Below, one piece after another: positions 27,022 through 39,333 of a DNA stretch of 64,000 bases. The notes under the pieces are model-generated. The model searched no databases and had not been told where the DNA came from. It saw only the letters and a program-made list of their open reading frames with translations. Position 1 is the first letter of the stretch, and each line of letters begins with the position of its first letter. The translations under genes were made by a program, and so were the position numbers. Source of the stretch: an uncultured Verrucomicrobiota bacterium (GTDB lineage Bacteria > Verrucomicrobiota > Verrucomicrobiia > Limisphaerales > MWDV01); assembly GCA_964548925.1 (NCBI GenBank), contig CAZJTM010000001.1:23826-87825 (forward strand), given 5' to 3'.

Positions 27022-28293
27022 TCATCTGATTTGGTCCACATTGCCCGCCTTCACAGCTGGGCCTGCAGGCCCGATGCAAAACAGGTGCTTGAACCCGCGC
27101 AGGAAGACCTGGCCGTCGCTGATGGCGGGGGAGGCGTAGCAGTGCTCGCCAAGTTCGTATTGCGCGACGCGCTCGAATCGGGGGCCGGGCCGGATCACGT
27201 TGATCTGGCCGTCGTCGTTGATGAAATACACCAGTCCATCCACGAGCACGGGCGACGCGTGCGTGCGACCAAGTTTCTCCTGCCAAAGCACGTTTCCGGT
27301 GGCGGCTTCGTAACAGAACGCCACCCCCATGTTGTTCACGGAGAGCAGATGGTCGCCGACGACGATCATGGAAGGAACGTAGGGTGCGCCCTTCGTGTCG
27401 CGCCAAGCAACGTGTGTCTGGGTAACGTCGCCTTTGCCGTCAGGCCGAATCGCGAGCACGATCGTTTTCGGCCAACTGCTGCTGACGAAGACCAGCCCGG
27501 CCCGCTCGCTGTAAACCGGGCTGGCGACGAATTCCTCGGATGGGCCGTCCACCGTCCAGAGCCGCTCGCCGGTGTTCGGGTCAAAACTGGTCACGCAGCG
27601 GTCGCCACATTGGATCATCTGGGCGCGCCCGGCGATTTCGCGGATGAGCGGCGCGCTGTAGCTGATCCCCTTGCGCGTGCGGTTGACCCGCCAGAGTTCC
27701 TTGCCGTCCTTCCGGCCCAAGGCGACCAGGAACGAGTCGCCCTTGCTGTCGCTGTCCAGGATCACCTTGTCTTGGTAGAGCACGGGTTCGTTGCTGAAGC
27801 CCCATTCGCCGGCGTGCGTGCCCGGGCGGACGAGCCAGAGTTGTTGTCCGGTGGCGCCGGCGTGCGCCGCCACGACGATCTCGTCGCCGACACGGAAGGC
27901 GGCATAAACGCGCTCGCCATCGGTGGCCGGCGTGCCGGACGCGTGGCTGTTTTCCTTGTGCAGCTTCTCCAGCGGCCCCTGCGCCACGGTTTGCCGCCAC
28001 AAGAGTTCGCCGGTGGCACGGTCAAGACACAGGAGGATGCGCTCCCGGCTGTCCGGCAGGGAAGTCACTGTGAAGACGCGCCGTCCCCAGACGATCGGAG
28101 ACGCGTGGCCAATGCCGGGCAACTCCGTCTTCCAAACGGCGTTGGTCGCGTCCCAGTTCGTGGGGACGCCCTGCTCTAAGCAAGAGCCGTCGCCGCGGGG
28201 GCCGCGCCAACCGGGCCAGAACTCGGCATTGGCTTGGAGAGCGTTGGCGAGCAAGGCGACGGGCAGCAAGGCGAGGGCAAGAGTCCGTTTCAT
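27022..28293 (-). CDS. PQQ-like / BamB-like beta-propeller repeat protein, secreted
   Basis: Signal peptide MKRTLALALLPVALLANALQANA followed by WPGWRGPRGDGS and repeated G..hY...dG.l.a.d..TG...W blades. ATG 28293 is preferred over track start 28446. Confidence 0.75.
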   Translation of the reverse strand: MKRTLALALLPVALLANALQANAEFWPGWRGPRGDGSCLEQGVPTNWDATNAVWKTELPGIGHASPIVWGRRVFTVTSLPDSRERILLCLDRATGELLWRQTVAQGPLEKLHKENSHASGTPATDGERVYAAFRVGDEIVVAAHAGATGQQLWLVRPGTHAGEWGFSNEPVLYQDKVILDSDSKGDSFLVALGRKDGKELWRVNRTRKGISYSAPLIREIAGRAQMIQCGDRCVTSFDPNTGERLWTVDGPSEEFVASPVYSERAGLVFVSSSWPKTIVLAIRPDGKGDVTQTHVAWRDTKGAPYVPSMIVVGDHLLSVNNMGVAFCYEAATGNVLWQEKLGRTHASPVLVDGLVYFINDDGQINVIRPGPRFERVAQYELGEHCYASPAISDGQVFLRGFKHLFCIGPAGPAVKAGNVDQIR

Positions 28294-28417
28294 GTTGCGA
28301 GGTGGGATTGCTCGGGGGCTCGGCCACGAACTCATGGTCAAGTCGCGGCCAAGTCTCCAGTATTTCTGTCTTGAGGCAAGTATCCCCCGAGAGAGTCTCG
28401 CTTCGCATCCCTGAACC

Positions 28418-28505
28418 GCAGCGGCGTTTCGGCAGAGCGCCGCCAATTCTTGGAGGGGGACTCTTCGAGGGGGAAAATGGCGGCGCTCTGCCGAGACGCC
28501 GCTAC
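28418..28505. repeat. Family-D palindromic hairpin element (arms G(T/C)AGCGGCGT(C/T)TCGGCAGAGCGCCGCCA), intergenic
   Basis: gcagcggcgtttcggcagagcgccgcca (28418-28445) and tggcggcgctctgccgagacgccgctac (28478-28505). 28-nt inverted arms with 2 mismatches and a 32-nt loop. Confidence 0.9.
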
Positions 28506-28562
28506 GCCGAGGTTCATGGTGAGGCGAACCGGTTGTGCTGCCGAACTGCGCTTGGCCGCGAC

Positions 28563-29159
28563 CTAACGCGTCGGGGCTTTTTGAATTTCCGCAACCACCG
28601 ACCGGAGATCAGCCACCACACTGAGCGCGTCCTGACGGCGGACTCCGCTAACCTGCAGGATGGCTTGCACGTCCGCCAAGATCGCTTCCACGCGTGCCGC
28701 AGGGAGGCTCGAGGAATCGAAAAGGGCATTCAAGTTCTGGGCGAGGCGGGCGCGTTCCGCAGTCTCCAGCGGGCTGGTGGGAAGGACTCTGGCGAGGTTG
28801 TCCACGAGGGTCGTCACCGCAGCGCCGGTGGGTTTGCCGGTGCTTTGGGTGGCGGCGAGGAGGTTCTTGGCGAAGCGTTGCTTCACGGCGGCGGCCACGT
28901 CGGCTTTGGCCTGGAGGGCGACGAGATCGGTTTGCAGGAGGGCGATGTTCTGTTGCTTGGGATTGGGGGTTGCGGCGGCGGCCGCAGCCGGCTGGGCCGG
29001 TTGGGCGGGGGTGGGCACCCCTTGGCGCACGTTGCTTTGATTGACGACCTCTTTGGCGCGCTGCTTGACAATGACGCCTTGGGCACCCTGGGCCCATGCG
29101 GAAACTGCAGTGAGAACGATTGCCAAACTGAACAAGAAGACCGTTTTCATGGGAGCCAT
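28563..29159 (-). CDS. Secreted helical protein of unknown function
   Basis: Signal peptide (MAP)MKTVFLFSLAIVLTAVSAWAQG, then an Ala/Gln-rich helical sequence. Third-position GC bias fits coding. No recognisable motif. Confidence 0.5.
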   Translation of the reverse strand: MAPMKTVFLFSLAIVLTAVSAWAQGAQGVIVKQRAKEVVNQSNVRQGVPTPAQPAQPAAAAAATPNPKQQNIALLQTDLVALQAKADVAAAVKQRFAKNLLAATQSTGKPTGAAVTTLVDNLARVLPTSPLETAERARLAQNLNALFDSSSLPAARVEAILADVQAILQVSGVRRQDALSVVADLRSVVAEIQKAPTR

Positions 29160-29227
29160 TCTTTTGCGGATGCGTGGGTTGAAATGGGTTCGTTCAGTTT
29201 CTCTCTTCTGTGACGCGGGGCGACGGG

Positions 29228-31555
29228 TCAGGGCGCCGCCGCGCGACTGGCCGTCAGGGTCTTGTGCTTGGTCAGCAGACCCAGGTAATCCACCAAAATG
29301 TGTTGGGCTTCCTCCAGCACAAAGTCCACCGCCGGCGAGGACTGATCCTCGGCTTCGGCAGCCAGGTCCTCCCCCGGGGTGAGCGACTCGACTGCGGCGG
29401 TCGGAGCATTCGCGCCGCCCGCGCCGCGGGCAGCCGCGCTGTCTTCCGCCTTGGCCAGATCATTGGTCTTGGCAACCGGCGCGGGCAGTCCGGGTTGGTC
29501 CACGTCTTTGAGCGTCAATTCGTAAACCTTCATCTCCGGCTTCTTGCGGGTCCGGCGTTCCTGCTCGCGCGCCTTTTGACGTGCCTCAATCTCTGTCTTC
29601 TCCTTGAGCCGTTGGGCTTCATTCAGCGAAATCGTCTTGTCCGCCTGCATGCGCTGGTATTGCTCGATGTCCTCGCGGACATAGTCGAAATCCTTGGAGG
29701 CCGCGACGCGCGCCTGGGACAATTTCAGCAACTCGGCCTTAAAGGGTTCAACCTGCCGGGTCGGCTCGAACAGGGCGGGCGCGTTGGTGTCCCAAGGCAG
29801 CGGGTTTTCCAGCGCGCTTTCGCCAATGTCGGGCGAGAGGCCGAGCACCGAGGGCAGGATGATGTCCGGCACCACGCCTTTCAACTGGGTGGACTCGCCA
29901 TTGGCGCGGTAGAATTTGCTCACCGTGTACTTGAGCAACCCGGGATCGTTCGTGATGATCCTGCTGGGGCGCATGAAGTCGGTGAGGCGGCTGGGCGCCT
30001 GCACGGTGCCTTTGCCATGCGTGGAGGCGTCGCCCACCACCAGGGCGCGGCCATAATCCTGCAACGCGGCGGCCACGATTTCCGAGGCCGAGGCACTGAC
30101 CCGGCTGGTCAGCACGACCAGCGGCCCCGCGTAAAGGACCCGGGGATCGCGGTCGCGCTTCTCGGAAACCCGGCCATCGAAGTCGCGCACCTGCACGACC
30201 GGGCCTTCCTTGATGAAGAAGCCGGTGATGCGAATGGCCTCTTCGAGGGATCCGCCCCCGTTGCGGCGCAGATCGAGCACGAGCCCGTTCACCTTTTCCT
30301 CGTTGAGCTTTTTGAGCAGGCGCGCGAGGTCAGCGGAACAACTCTTGAAGTCCGAGCGGTCGTCCGTGCCACCCAAATCCATCGTCGAGTAGAACGAGGA
30401 CAAGTCCACGACCCCGATGCGAAGCGGTTCCCCGTTTTCGCCCGGGAACTCCAGCACCTTGGCCTTGGCGGCTTGTTCTTCCAAACTGATCTTCTCGCGG
30501 GTCAGCTTGACGACCTTGCGCACCGAGGGATCCGGCGCATCCACGGGAATGATCGTCAGTTGCACCTCCGTGCCTTTCGGTCCGCGAATCAATTGCACCG
30601 CCTTGTCGAGATTCATGTCCACGATGTCCACCGGCTCGCCATCTCCCTGGGCTACGGCCACAATGCGATCGCCCTCCTTGATCTGCTTGCTCTTCATCGC
30701 CGGCCCGGGGTGGAGCTTGCGGATCGTGCAATAGCCATCGGGCGAAGTGAGTTCGGCCCCGATGCCTTCCAGCGATAGATTCATCCCCATCGCAAAGTTG
30801 TCCATCTGCTGTTTGCCCATGTAGTCGGAGTGCGGATCGTACACATGGGCGAGCGCCGTGAGATAGGTTTCCATAACGTTGCCGCTTTCCCAATTGGCAA
30901 AAAACCGAATCTGCCGGTGATAGCGCCGCGAGAGGGTCTGGACGATCTCGTCGGGCTTCATTTTGTTGAGCTTCTCCTGGAGGTACTCGTAGCGGAGACG
31001 GTCGCGCCAGAGCTTCTTGGCGGCGGCCAAGTTCTTGGGATAGGGCGCCTGCCGGCGGTCCAACGCCACGCGTTCATCCGTGTCGAAGGTGAACTTTTCG
31101 TGCTGAAGCAACTCCTCGACATAGGCCACGCGCTGCTCCAAGCGCTCGAAGAAACGGTTGAAGATCACGTACGCCGGGGTGGCATCGTAGCGGCGAAGGA
31201 CGAGGTCGTCCAACCGGGTGCGGTAAACCTCGAACTCCTCGAGGTCCGACTGAAGGAAATGAAGGCGCTGCGGATCATACATGGCCAGATAACGATCCAG
31301 GAACCGCGAGGAAACGGTGTCGTCGAACGGCTGCCGGGAATAGTGCCGGTCTTCCAACAAGCGCGCCGTGAGAAATGCGATCTTGTCATCCGCCGGCGTC
31401 GGCTTGAGGTGCGGGTGCGTGACGGGTTTGTCCGCCGGCGGGAGCACCAACGAATTGGTCGCCGGCTTGTTGGGCGTCTGGGCCAGGGCCAGCGACGTTA
31501 TCAGCCCCGCGACCGTCAAGATCGCAGTCCACCGCAGTTTGAAGAACACTCTCAT
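29228..31555 (-). CDS. prc: Tail-specific (C-terminal processing) protease, S41 family, Prc-like
   Basis: Signal peptide MRVFFKLRWTAILTVAGLITSLALAQ, a PDZ region, and an S41 core LVVLTSRVSASASEIVAAALQDYGRALVVGDASTHGKGTVQ (Ser/Lys dyad context). ATG 31555 is preferred over track start 31762. Confidence 0.88.
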   Translation of the reverse strand: MRVFFKLRWTAILTVAGLITSLALAQTPNKPATNSLVLPPADKPVTHPHLKPTPADDKIAFLTARLLEDRHYSRQPFDDTVSSRFLDRYLAMYDPQRLHFLQSDLEEFEVYRTRLDDLVLRRYDATPAYVIFNRFFERLEQRVAYVEELLQHEKFTFDTDERVALDRRQAPYPKNLAAAKKLWRDRLRYEYLQEKLNKMKPDEIVQTLSRRYHRQIRFFANWESGNVMETYLTALAHVYDPHSDYMGKQQMDNFAMGMNLSLEGIGAELTSPDGYCTIRKLHPGPAMKSKQIKEGDRIVAVAQGDGEPVDIVDMNLDKAVQLIRGPKGTEVQLTIIPVDAPDPSVRKVVKLTREKISLEEQAAKAKVLEFPGENGEPLRIGVVDLSSFYSTMDLGGTDDRSDFKSCSADLARLLKKLNEEKVNGLVLDLRRNGGGSLEEAIRITGFFIKEGPVVQVRDFDGRVSEKRDRDPRVLYAGPLVVLTSRVSASASEIVAAALQDYGRALVVGDASTHGKGTVQAPSRLTDFMRPSRIITNDPGLLKYTVSKFYRANGESTQLKGVVPDIILPSVLGLSPDIGESALENPLPWDTNAPALFEPTRQVEPFKAELLKLSQARVAASKDFDYVREDIEQYQRMQADKTISLNEAQRLKEKTEIEARQKAREQERRTRKKPEMKVYELTLKDVDQPGLPAPVAKTNDLAKAEDSAAARGAGGANAPTAAVESLTPGEDLAAEAEDQSSPAVDFVLEEAQHILVDYLGLLTKHKTLTASRAAAP

Positions 31556-31778
31556 GCGTTTTAATGTGCCTAAACCTAGCACAGGTTGGACGGAATCTAA
31601 CCGGATTCGTTCACGGCGGAAACCTCGATTTTCGGAAGGCGGGCGGGTTTCCCGCGCGTCGCCTGCGCGTTCGGCGGATTCGTCCACCGCGGTTTGGGGC
31701 GGGCCGGGTGGCCGCCGCCAAGAGAAAGGCGCGAAGCAATGGCTTGCTCCGCGCCTTCGCAAAACCTGTGTTGGCTTC

Positions 31779-32060
31779 CTAGGTCAGGACGATCTTGTCG
31801 CCTTCCTTGAGGGTGACGATGGCCTTCTTCCAGTCGGGCGCCTTGCCGGCCTGGGTGGTGCGCTGGCGGCGCGCCTTGCCACGGACGTTGAGGGTGTTGA
31901 CCTTGACGACCTTCACCTTGAACAACTCCTGCACGGCTTGCTTGATCTGCGGCTTGGTAGCCATCCGATCGGCCACGACGGTATATTGGTTGTACTTTTC
32001 GCCCTGCCGGGTGCCTTTCTCGGTCAGGCGGACGGTCTTGATGATCTGGAATGGGTTCAT
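31779..32060 (-). CDS. rplW: 50S ribosomal protein L23 (uL23)
   Basis: MNPFQIIKTVRLTEKGTRQGEKYNQYTVVADRMATKPQIKQAVQELFKVKVVKVNTL. ATG 32060. Confidence 0.93.
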   Translation of the reverse strand: MNPFQIIKTVRLTEKGTRQGEKYNQYTVVADRMATKPQIKQAVQELFKVKVVKVNTLNVRGKARRQRTTQAGKAPDWKKAIVTLKEGDKIVLT

Positions 32061-32061
32061 G

Positions 32062-32688
32062 TTATTCCTTGCCGAGGCGGGCTTCGACCCGCTCAAACGC
32101 GCCGCGTGTGAACACAAGTTTGTCGGGACGGAGCACGTCGTAAGTGTTGAGAAAATCGCTGGTGGTCAGCGCGACTTTTTCCACGTTGCGCGAGGCCAAG
32201 GTCAGGTTCTTGTCCGGCGCCGCGACGATGACCAGAACAGAACCCTTGATTTCCAGCGCGTTGAGAATGTCAACGAAGGCGCGGGTCTTGTGGGTAGGGA
32301 GGTTGAACTCCTCGACCACGACCACGTCCCCGGCCTTGAGCCGCTCGCTCAGGGCTTTGCGGAGGGCCAATTGGCGGGTCTTGGCGTTGACCTTCTTGCG
32401 GAAATCGCGGGGTTTGGGGCCGAAGACGACGCCGCCACCGCGCCACAGCGGGGATTGAAACGAGCCCGCCCGGGCGCGACCGGTGCCTTTCTGCCGCCAA
32501 GGCTTCTTGTTGCTGCCCGCCACTTCCCCGACGGTCTTGGTGCAGGCCGTGCCGCTGCGTTGGGCGGCCTGGTAGGCGACCACGGTGTCGTGAACGGCCT
32601 GAGTGCCCTTGCCGTTCTCAATGATGGGGAACTTGACTTCCAGTTCGCCCTGGGCCTTGCCCGACGTATCTTTGATGGTGAGCTTCAT
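32062..32688 (-). CDS. rplD: 50S ribosomal protein L4 (uL4)
   Basis: 208 aa. ...[35 protein letters not shown]... is the canonical L4 loop. Confidence 0.95.
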   Translation of the reverse strand: MKLTIKDTSGKAQGELEVKFPIIENGKGTQAVHDTVVAYQAAQRSGTACTKTVGEVAGSNKKPWRQKGTGRARAGSFQSPLWRGGGVVFGPKPRDFRKKVNAKTRQLALRKALSERLKAGDVVVVEEFNLPTHKTRAFVDILNALEIKGSVLVIVAAPDKNLTLASRNVEKVALTTSDFLNTYDVLRPDKLVFTRGAFERVEARLGKE

Positions 32689-32697
32689 AGCTGTGCC

Positions 32698-33435
32698 TTA
32701 CTTCTTGAGAACCACATTCGGGCCCTTGCTCTTCTTCTCGACGACCGGTTTATGCTTCACGGTGCCTTTCGGCATCTTCTTGGCTTCCCGGATGATCACG
32801 TAATCTCCGTTGGCGCCAGGGATGGCGCCCTTGATGAGGAGCAAATTGTCCTCCTCACGCACCTGAATCACTTCCAGGTTTTGCACAGTGCGGCGCACCT
32901 GGCCCATGTGGCCGGGCATGCGCATGCCGCGCATGACGGTGCCGGGGAACAAGCGCTGGCCAATGGCGCCGCTGCGCCGATGCCAACCCTTCGCGCCGTG
33001 GGTGGAATCGCCTCCCGCGAAGCGGTGGCGCTTCACCACGCCTTCAAAGCCGCGGCCCTTGGTGACTCCAATGGCATCCACGAAATCGCCGACGGCAAAG
33101 AGGTTGGGCCCGAGGATGTCCCCCGGTTTGACGGGCTTCGAGAAGTTGCGAAACTCGCGCAGCCGCCGGGCGCCGGTCAGCACCAAGGGGGTCTTTTCAT
33201 CGGCGCGCTTGGCATCCACGCCGAATTTCTTCAAGTGGCCGAGCTCCGCCTTGGTGAGGCGATGGTCCTTCTGGTCGCCAAAGCCGAGTTGGACGGCGTC
33301 GTAGCCGTCGGTTTGTTTGGTCTTGCACTGGAGGACGCGGTTGGGGCCGGCGAGCACGATGGTCACCGAGTGAATAACGCCCTGGGCGTCATAGACGCGC
33401 GTCTGGCCGAGCTTCTTTCCAATTAAGCCGAGCAT
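32698..33435 (-). CDS. rplC: 50S ribosomal protein L3 (uL3)
   Basis: MLGLIGKKLGQTRVYDAQG...VTKGRGFEGVVKRHRFAGG...PGHMGQVRRTVQNLEV. ATG 33435. Confidence 0.95.
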   Translation of the reverse strand: MLGLIGKKLGQTRVYDAQGVIHSVTIVLAGPNRVLQCKTKQTDGYDAVQLGFGDQKDHRLTKAELGHLKKFGVDAKRADEKTPLVLTGARRLREFRNFSKPVKPGDILGPNLFAVGDFVDAIGVTKGRGFEGVVKRHRFAGGDSTHGAKGWHRRSGAIGQRLFPGTVMRGMRMPGHMGQVRRTVQNLEVIQVREEDNLLLIKGAIPGANGDYVIIREAKKMPKGTVKHKPVVEKKSKGPNVVLKK

Positions 33436-33442
33436 AAAACCC

Positions 33443-33751
33443 TTAGATCTTGATGGTGATGTCCACGCCCGCGGGCAGGTTGAGCTTCTTGAGTTCGTCC
33501 ACGGTCTTGGCCGTGGGGTCGAGGATGTCAATCAGCCGCTTGTGGGTGCGTTGTTCAAACGTCTCCTGCGACTTCTTGTCGGCGTGGGGAGAGCGTTGGA
33601 CGGTGAAGCGTTCGACGCGGGTGGGCAGGGGGATGGGCCCGGCCACGCGCGCCCCGGTGCGTTTGACCGTGTCCGCGATTTCCCGCGCGGACTGGTCAAT
33701 GACGCGATAGTCGTAAGCCTTCAGGCGGATGCGAATGCGTTGTGCAGCCAT
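33443..33751 (-). CDS. rpsJ: 30S ribosomal protein S10 (uS10)
   Basis: [44 protein letters not shown]... Confidence 0.96.
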   Translation of the reverse strand: MAAQRIRIRLKAYDYRVIDQSAREIADTVKRTGARVAGPIPLPTRVERFTVQRSPHADKKSQETFEQRTHKRLIDILDPTAKTVDELKKLNLPAGVDITIKI

Positions 33752-33781
33752 ATAAAGAACGATTGTTTGTGGTTGGTTGTC

Positions 33782-35950
<2,169 letters not shown>

Positions 35951-36024
35951 GGACGAAATCTCCAATCAGGCAACAAAAACGCCCCGGATTACGGTCGGCC
36001 GTCGGGGCGCTGTCGAAACTGTTC

Positions 36025-36498
36025 CTACCAGCGGAAATGCGCAAAAGCCTTGTTGGCTTGGGCCATCTTGTGAACCTCATCCCGCTTGCGGATGGCGTTC
36101 CCCTGCCCTTGATAGGCATCCATGATCTCGGCGGCAATCGCCTGTTTCATGGGCATCCCCTTCCGCGCGTCGGCGAAGTTCACGATCCACCGCAGGGCCA
36201 GAGACTGCTGTCGATCCGCGGACACTTCCAACGGCACCTGGTAGGTCGCGCCGCCCACCCGGCGGGCCTTGGTTTCAATGCGCGGTTTGGCGTTGTCCAC
36301 CGCGCGCTGCAAAATGTCGAGCGGATTGGCGCCCGCGTTCTTCTCCGCAATCTGATCGAACGCGCCATAGACAATGCGCTGGGCCGTGCTCTTCTTCCCA
36401 CCCATCATCACGGTGTTAACCAAGCGCGTGACCAGCGGGCTGTTGTACTTCGGGTCCCGGGCAATGGGACGTTTGACTGCTTGACGACGACGAGACAT
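36025..36498 (-). CDS. rpsG: 30S ribosomal protein S7 (uS7)
   Basis: MSRRRQAVKRPIARDPKYNSPLVTRLVNTVMMGGKKSTAQRIVYGAF... Confidence 0.96.
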   Translation of the reverse strand: MSRRRQAVKRPIARDPKYNSPLVTRLVNTVMMGGKKSTAQRIVYGAFDQIAEKNAGANPLDILQRAVDNAKPRIETKARRVGGATYQVPLEVSADRQQSLALRWIVNFADARKGMPMKQAIAAEIMDAYQGQGNAIRKRDEVHKMAQANKAFAHFRW

Positions 36499-36540
36499 GG
36501 GATCGGAAATCGTTAAATCGTTGGATCGTTCAATCGGCCG

Positions 36541-36954
36541 TCAGGCGGCGGCCGCCGGCGCGGCGGCTGCGGGTTTGGCGCCGGCCTTCGGGCGCTTGAC
36601 GCCATATTTGGAGCGGCTCACGCGCCGCTTTTCCACGCCGGCGGCGTCCAGCCGGCCCCGCACGATATGATAGCGCACCCCGGGCAGATCCTTCACGCGA
36701 CCGCCGCGAATCATCACGATCGAGTGTTCCTGGAGGTTGTGGCCTTCGTCGGGAATGTAGGCAATGACTTCGTAGCCATTCGTGAGGCGAACCTTGGCCA
36801 CCTTCCGCATGGCGGAGTTCGGCTTCTTGGGCGTGCGGGTCATGACCTGAATGCACACGCCGCGGCGGAAGGGCGAACCCTCCAAAGCCGGCGCTTTGGA
36901 TTTGTAATTCAGTTTCTTGCGGCCCTTGCGGACCAATTGATTGATTGTCGGCAT
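36541..36954 (-). CDS. rpsL: 30S ribosomal protein S12 (uS12) with a short Ala/Pro-rich C-terminal tail
   Basis: [60 protein letters not shown]... The tail is ...[15 protein letters not shown]. Confidence 0.96.
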   Translation of the reverse strand: MPTINQLVRKGRKKLNYKSKAPALEGSPFRRGVCIQVMTRTPKKPNSAMRKVAKVRLTNGYEVIAYIPDEGHNLQEHSIVMIRGGRVKDLPGVRYHIVRGRLDAAGVEKRRVSRSKYGVKRPKAGAKPAAAAPAAAA

Positions 36955-37109
36955 TGGCTAAATCCCAATTACTCGCGACCGTCCGCCCGGTCTGGGTCAA
37001 ACGGGGTGCGGATGTTAGCAAGCCGCCTCCTGAGCGCAACAAGTATTTGGAGGATTCTTCGGCTCGGGGCGCATGTCAGTTTCTTGGAGGGGTCGTGTAA
37101 GCTTGAGGC

Positions 37110-37454
37110 ATGACAACGACGACGCTTGCTCCGACCGCGGCCATTCTGGCCTCAACCCGTTCCGTCCGTTCGGGCGTTCCGGCCACCCTCATCTCTGAGG
37201 CTTTGGCCGTGCTGGCGGCCCGCACTGCGGTCGCGCTGGATGCGTCCCTCACCCGCTTCCTGGCCGCGACCGATCAGAACCTGGGCCACCTCGAAACCGA
37301 GGCCGCCCACGCCGCGCAGGAACTGCTGCGCCCCGCCAACCAGCGCGCCGCTCAAGCCAAGGCCGACGCCGCGCCCCGCCGCACAGTCCTTTTCAGGCGC
37401 GCGGTTAGAAACCACCATGCGTATGCCATTACCCGATGGCTCGGCTGCCCTTGA
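37110..37454 (+). CDS. Hypothetical small Ala-rich protein (uncertain)
   Basis: 114-aa ORF from ATG 37110 with strong third-position G/C bias. It fills the 475-nt gap between rpsL and the kinase gene and overlaps the kinase 3' end by 26 nt. No motif and no convincing SD. Confidence 0.3.
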   Translation: MTTTTLAPTAAILASTRSVRSGVPATLISEALAVLAARTAVALDASLTRFLAATDQNLGHLETEAAHAAQELLRPANQRAAQAKADAAPRRTVLFRRAVRNHHAYAITRWLGCP

Positions 37455-39333
37455 GCAGATGCCGACGCAGGTGCCGCGCGTAGAGTTCACAAGGAAGGCG
37501 TGCCTCGGCCGGCGATTCGCCCGTGATCAAACCCGCGCTCCGCAGGCGCACGAACGCGCGGGCGTCCAGCCTCGCGGGCCCGGCCAGCACGTGCCGCATC
37601 GCCCCGGCCAGCGCCTCATCACTGTCCAGCAATGCCTGGGCTCGTTGCAGAGGGATTGCAAAAAGTTCCTCGTGCCAACCGTCTCGACGGGCCAACGGCA
37701 TCGGGGAGGCCGCGCGGCGCCGGGCCAATTCCAGCAAGGCATACCGGCAGAGAAAGGGCTGGCCGCCGACGAGCCCGTACAGGTCCTCCAATTCCGCCCG
37801 CGAGCCCAGCGGCGAACCGCAGCGACGATTCAATTCCGCCAGCTCCTCGATCGAGAACTCCCGCAACGTGATATGTTCGCCGAAATTCGGCCGCAGTTCG
37901 GTCGGCGCGGTCAGGATCAGCGTCAACTGCCCCAACGGGCCGCCGGGTTCGAGCGCGTGTTCGTTGCTCCAAGCCTGCACCAGACCACAAAACTCGTCGC
38001 GGAAGTCCCAATCTTGAATGCGACCAACCTCGTCCAACCCCCACGCCACGCGCCCGAAGCCCGCCGACAAAACCTCCCGGCGCAGATAGCGGTCGAAATT
38101 GACATTCGGCGACCGGCGCGGATCCCAGACCCGGCGCGGCGCCAACGGCAACCCGAGTTGATCCGCCAGCGATTCGCCGAGCGCGTGATAAAAGGCCTCC
38201 AGCGAGGCGAAGCTGGCAGTGTTGAACTTCTGCAAGTCCGTGCAGGCCACGCGGGCGCCCTCGCGCCGCGCCAGATGCAGCACCCGCGCCAGCAACGAAG
38301 TTCGCCCCGTCTGCGGCGCGCCGGAGATGAATACCAAGCCCTCGCGCCGCGCCCAGGCAGCCTCCAGCGTGGCGTCGGCTTCGCGCCGCACGTAGCTCGG
38401 CGAATCGGGCGGGACGGCGCCGTATGGAGATTCCTCGACCACAGTGGGCGCGATCGGATCGGTGACCGCCGGGCGCGGTGCGTCCTTGCGCCCCGCATTC
38501 ACATCATGGACCGGCAACAAGGCGCTGAGCGCCTCTCGCAGGGAGCGGGCCGAGGGGAGGCGGCGGCTCGGGTTCGCCTGTGTGGCTGCCTGAAGGATGT
38601 CGTAAAACTTGCGCTGGCGCTCGTCCTTGAGCCGCGGACGCAAGTCGGGCAAGGCGTCCGCCAGTTCCTGCACGTGGACGCCGCTGAACATTTCGTACAG
38701 CACCCGGCCAAAGCTGAACACATCCGCCGCCGGCCGCCCCGAGCCCTCCGGCGGATTGTAGCCAATGCTTCCCACGGGCGTGTCCTTGTGCCCCGCTGTG
38801 GCGACGGTGCCGATGTCCGCAAGCTTGGGCACTCCGTCCACATAAATCAGGTTCGCCGGCTTGAGGTCCCGATGCACCAATCCTCGGGCGTGCAGTTCCT
38901 CCAGCGCCAGCAGGAGCGTCTGCCCCAGCAACAGACACTCATCGAGCGGCAGGCGGCGGCGGCGGTCCAACTCGGCCCGCAACGTGCGTGGCTGATAACT
39001 GGCGGGCTGAATCTGCCGCCGATGCTGGAGATCGTCCGCCAACTCCATCACGTAGTAAAAGTGCCCTTCCGCGTCGTTGCGGCCCACGTGCAGGATTTGC
39101 ACAAAGCCCGGGTGCGAGCGCGAGATCGGCTCAAACTGGCGCACGCCCTCGAACTCGCGTTCATACTGGCGTGCCGACTTGAACGTGCGGCGCCGCACGA
39201 GCTTCACCGCCCGAAAGGCGCCGAAAACATTCCTCGCCAACCAGATGCTGCCGTAACTCCCCACGGCGATGCGCCGGATCAATCCGTGATCCGGAATCGG
39301 CGGCGGACCAGACTGGGTTGCACCGGGACTCAT
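37429..39333 (-). CDS. Ser/Thr protein kinase fused to a C-terminal AAA/STAND-like P-loop domain
   Basis: Kinase: IAVGSYGSIWLA (Gly loop), AVKLV (Lys), HRDLKPANL, and DIGTV (DFG variant). C-terminal: LVFISGAPQTGRTSLLARVL Walker A followed by a long helical region. ATG 39333 (MSPGAT...) is preferred; TTG 39381 is possible. Confidence 0.85.
   Translation of the reverse strand: MSPGATQSGPPPIPDHGLIRRIAVGSYGSIWLARNVFGAFRAVKLVRRRTFKSARQYEREFEGVRQFEPISRSHPGFVQILHVGRNDAEGHFYYVMELADDLQHRRQIQPASYQPRTLRAELDRRRRLPLDECLLLGQTLLLALEELHARGLVHRDLKPANLIYVDGVPKLADIGTVATAGHKDTPVGSIGYNPPEGSGRPAADVFSFGRVLYEMFSGVHVQELADALPDLRPRLKDERQRKFYDILQAATQANPSRRLPSARSLREALSALLPVHDVNAGRKDAPRPAVTDPIAPTVVEESPYGAVPPDSPSYVRREADATLEAAWARREGLVFISGAPQTGRTSLLARVLHLARREGARVACTDLQKFNTASFASLEAFYHALGESLADQLGLPLAPRRVWDPRRSPNVNFDRYLRREVLSAGFGRVAWGLDEVGRIQDWDFRDEFCGLVQAWSNEHALEPGGPLGQLTLILTAPTELRPNFGEHITLREFSIEELAELNRRCGSPLGSRAELEDLYGLVGGQPFLCRYALLELARRRAASPMPLARRDGWHEELFAIPLQRAQALLDSDEALAGAMRHVLAGPARLDARAFVRLRSAGLITGESPAEARLPCELYARHLRRHLLKGSRAIG

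Noticed and set aside
25789-28179. Long ORFs 25789-27015(-) and 26938-28179(+)
   Set aside because: They are antisense to the lipoprotein and PQQ-propeller genes respectively, and both have spurious composition.
36955-37109. Promoter call upstream of rpsL
   Set aside because: Several weak TTG...TAA-type hexamer pairs can be found, but none has convincing spacing or consensus. Promoter rules for this lineage are unknown to me, so no call is made.
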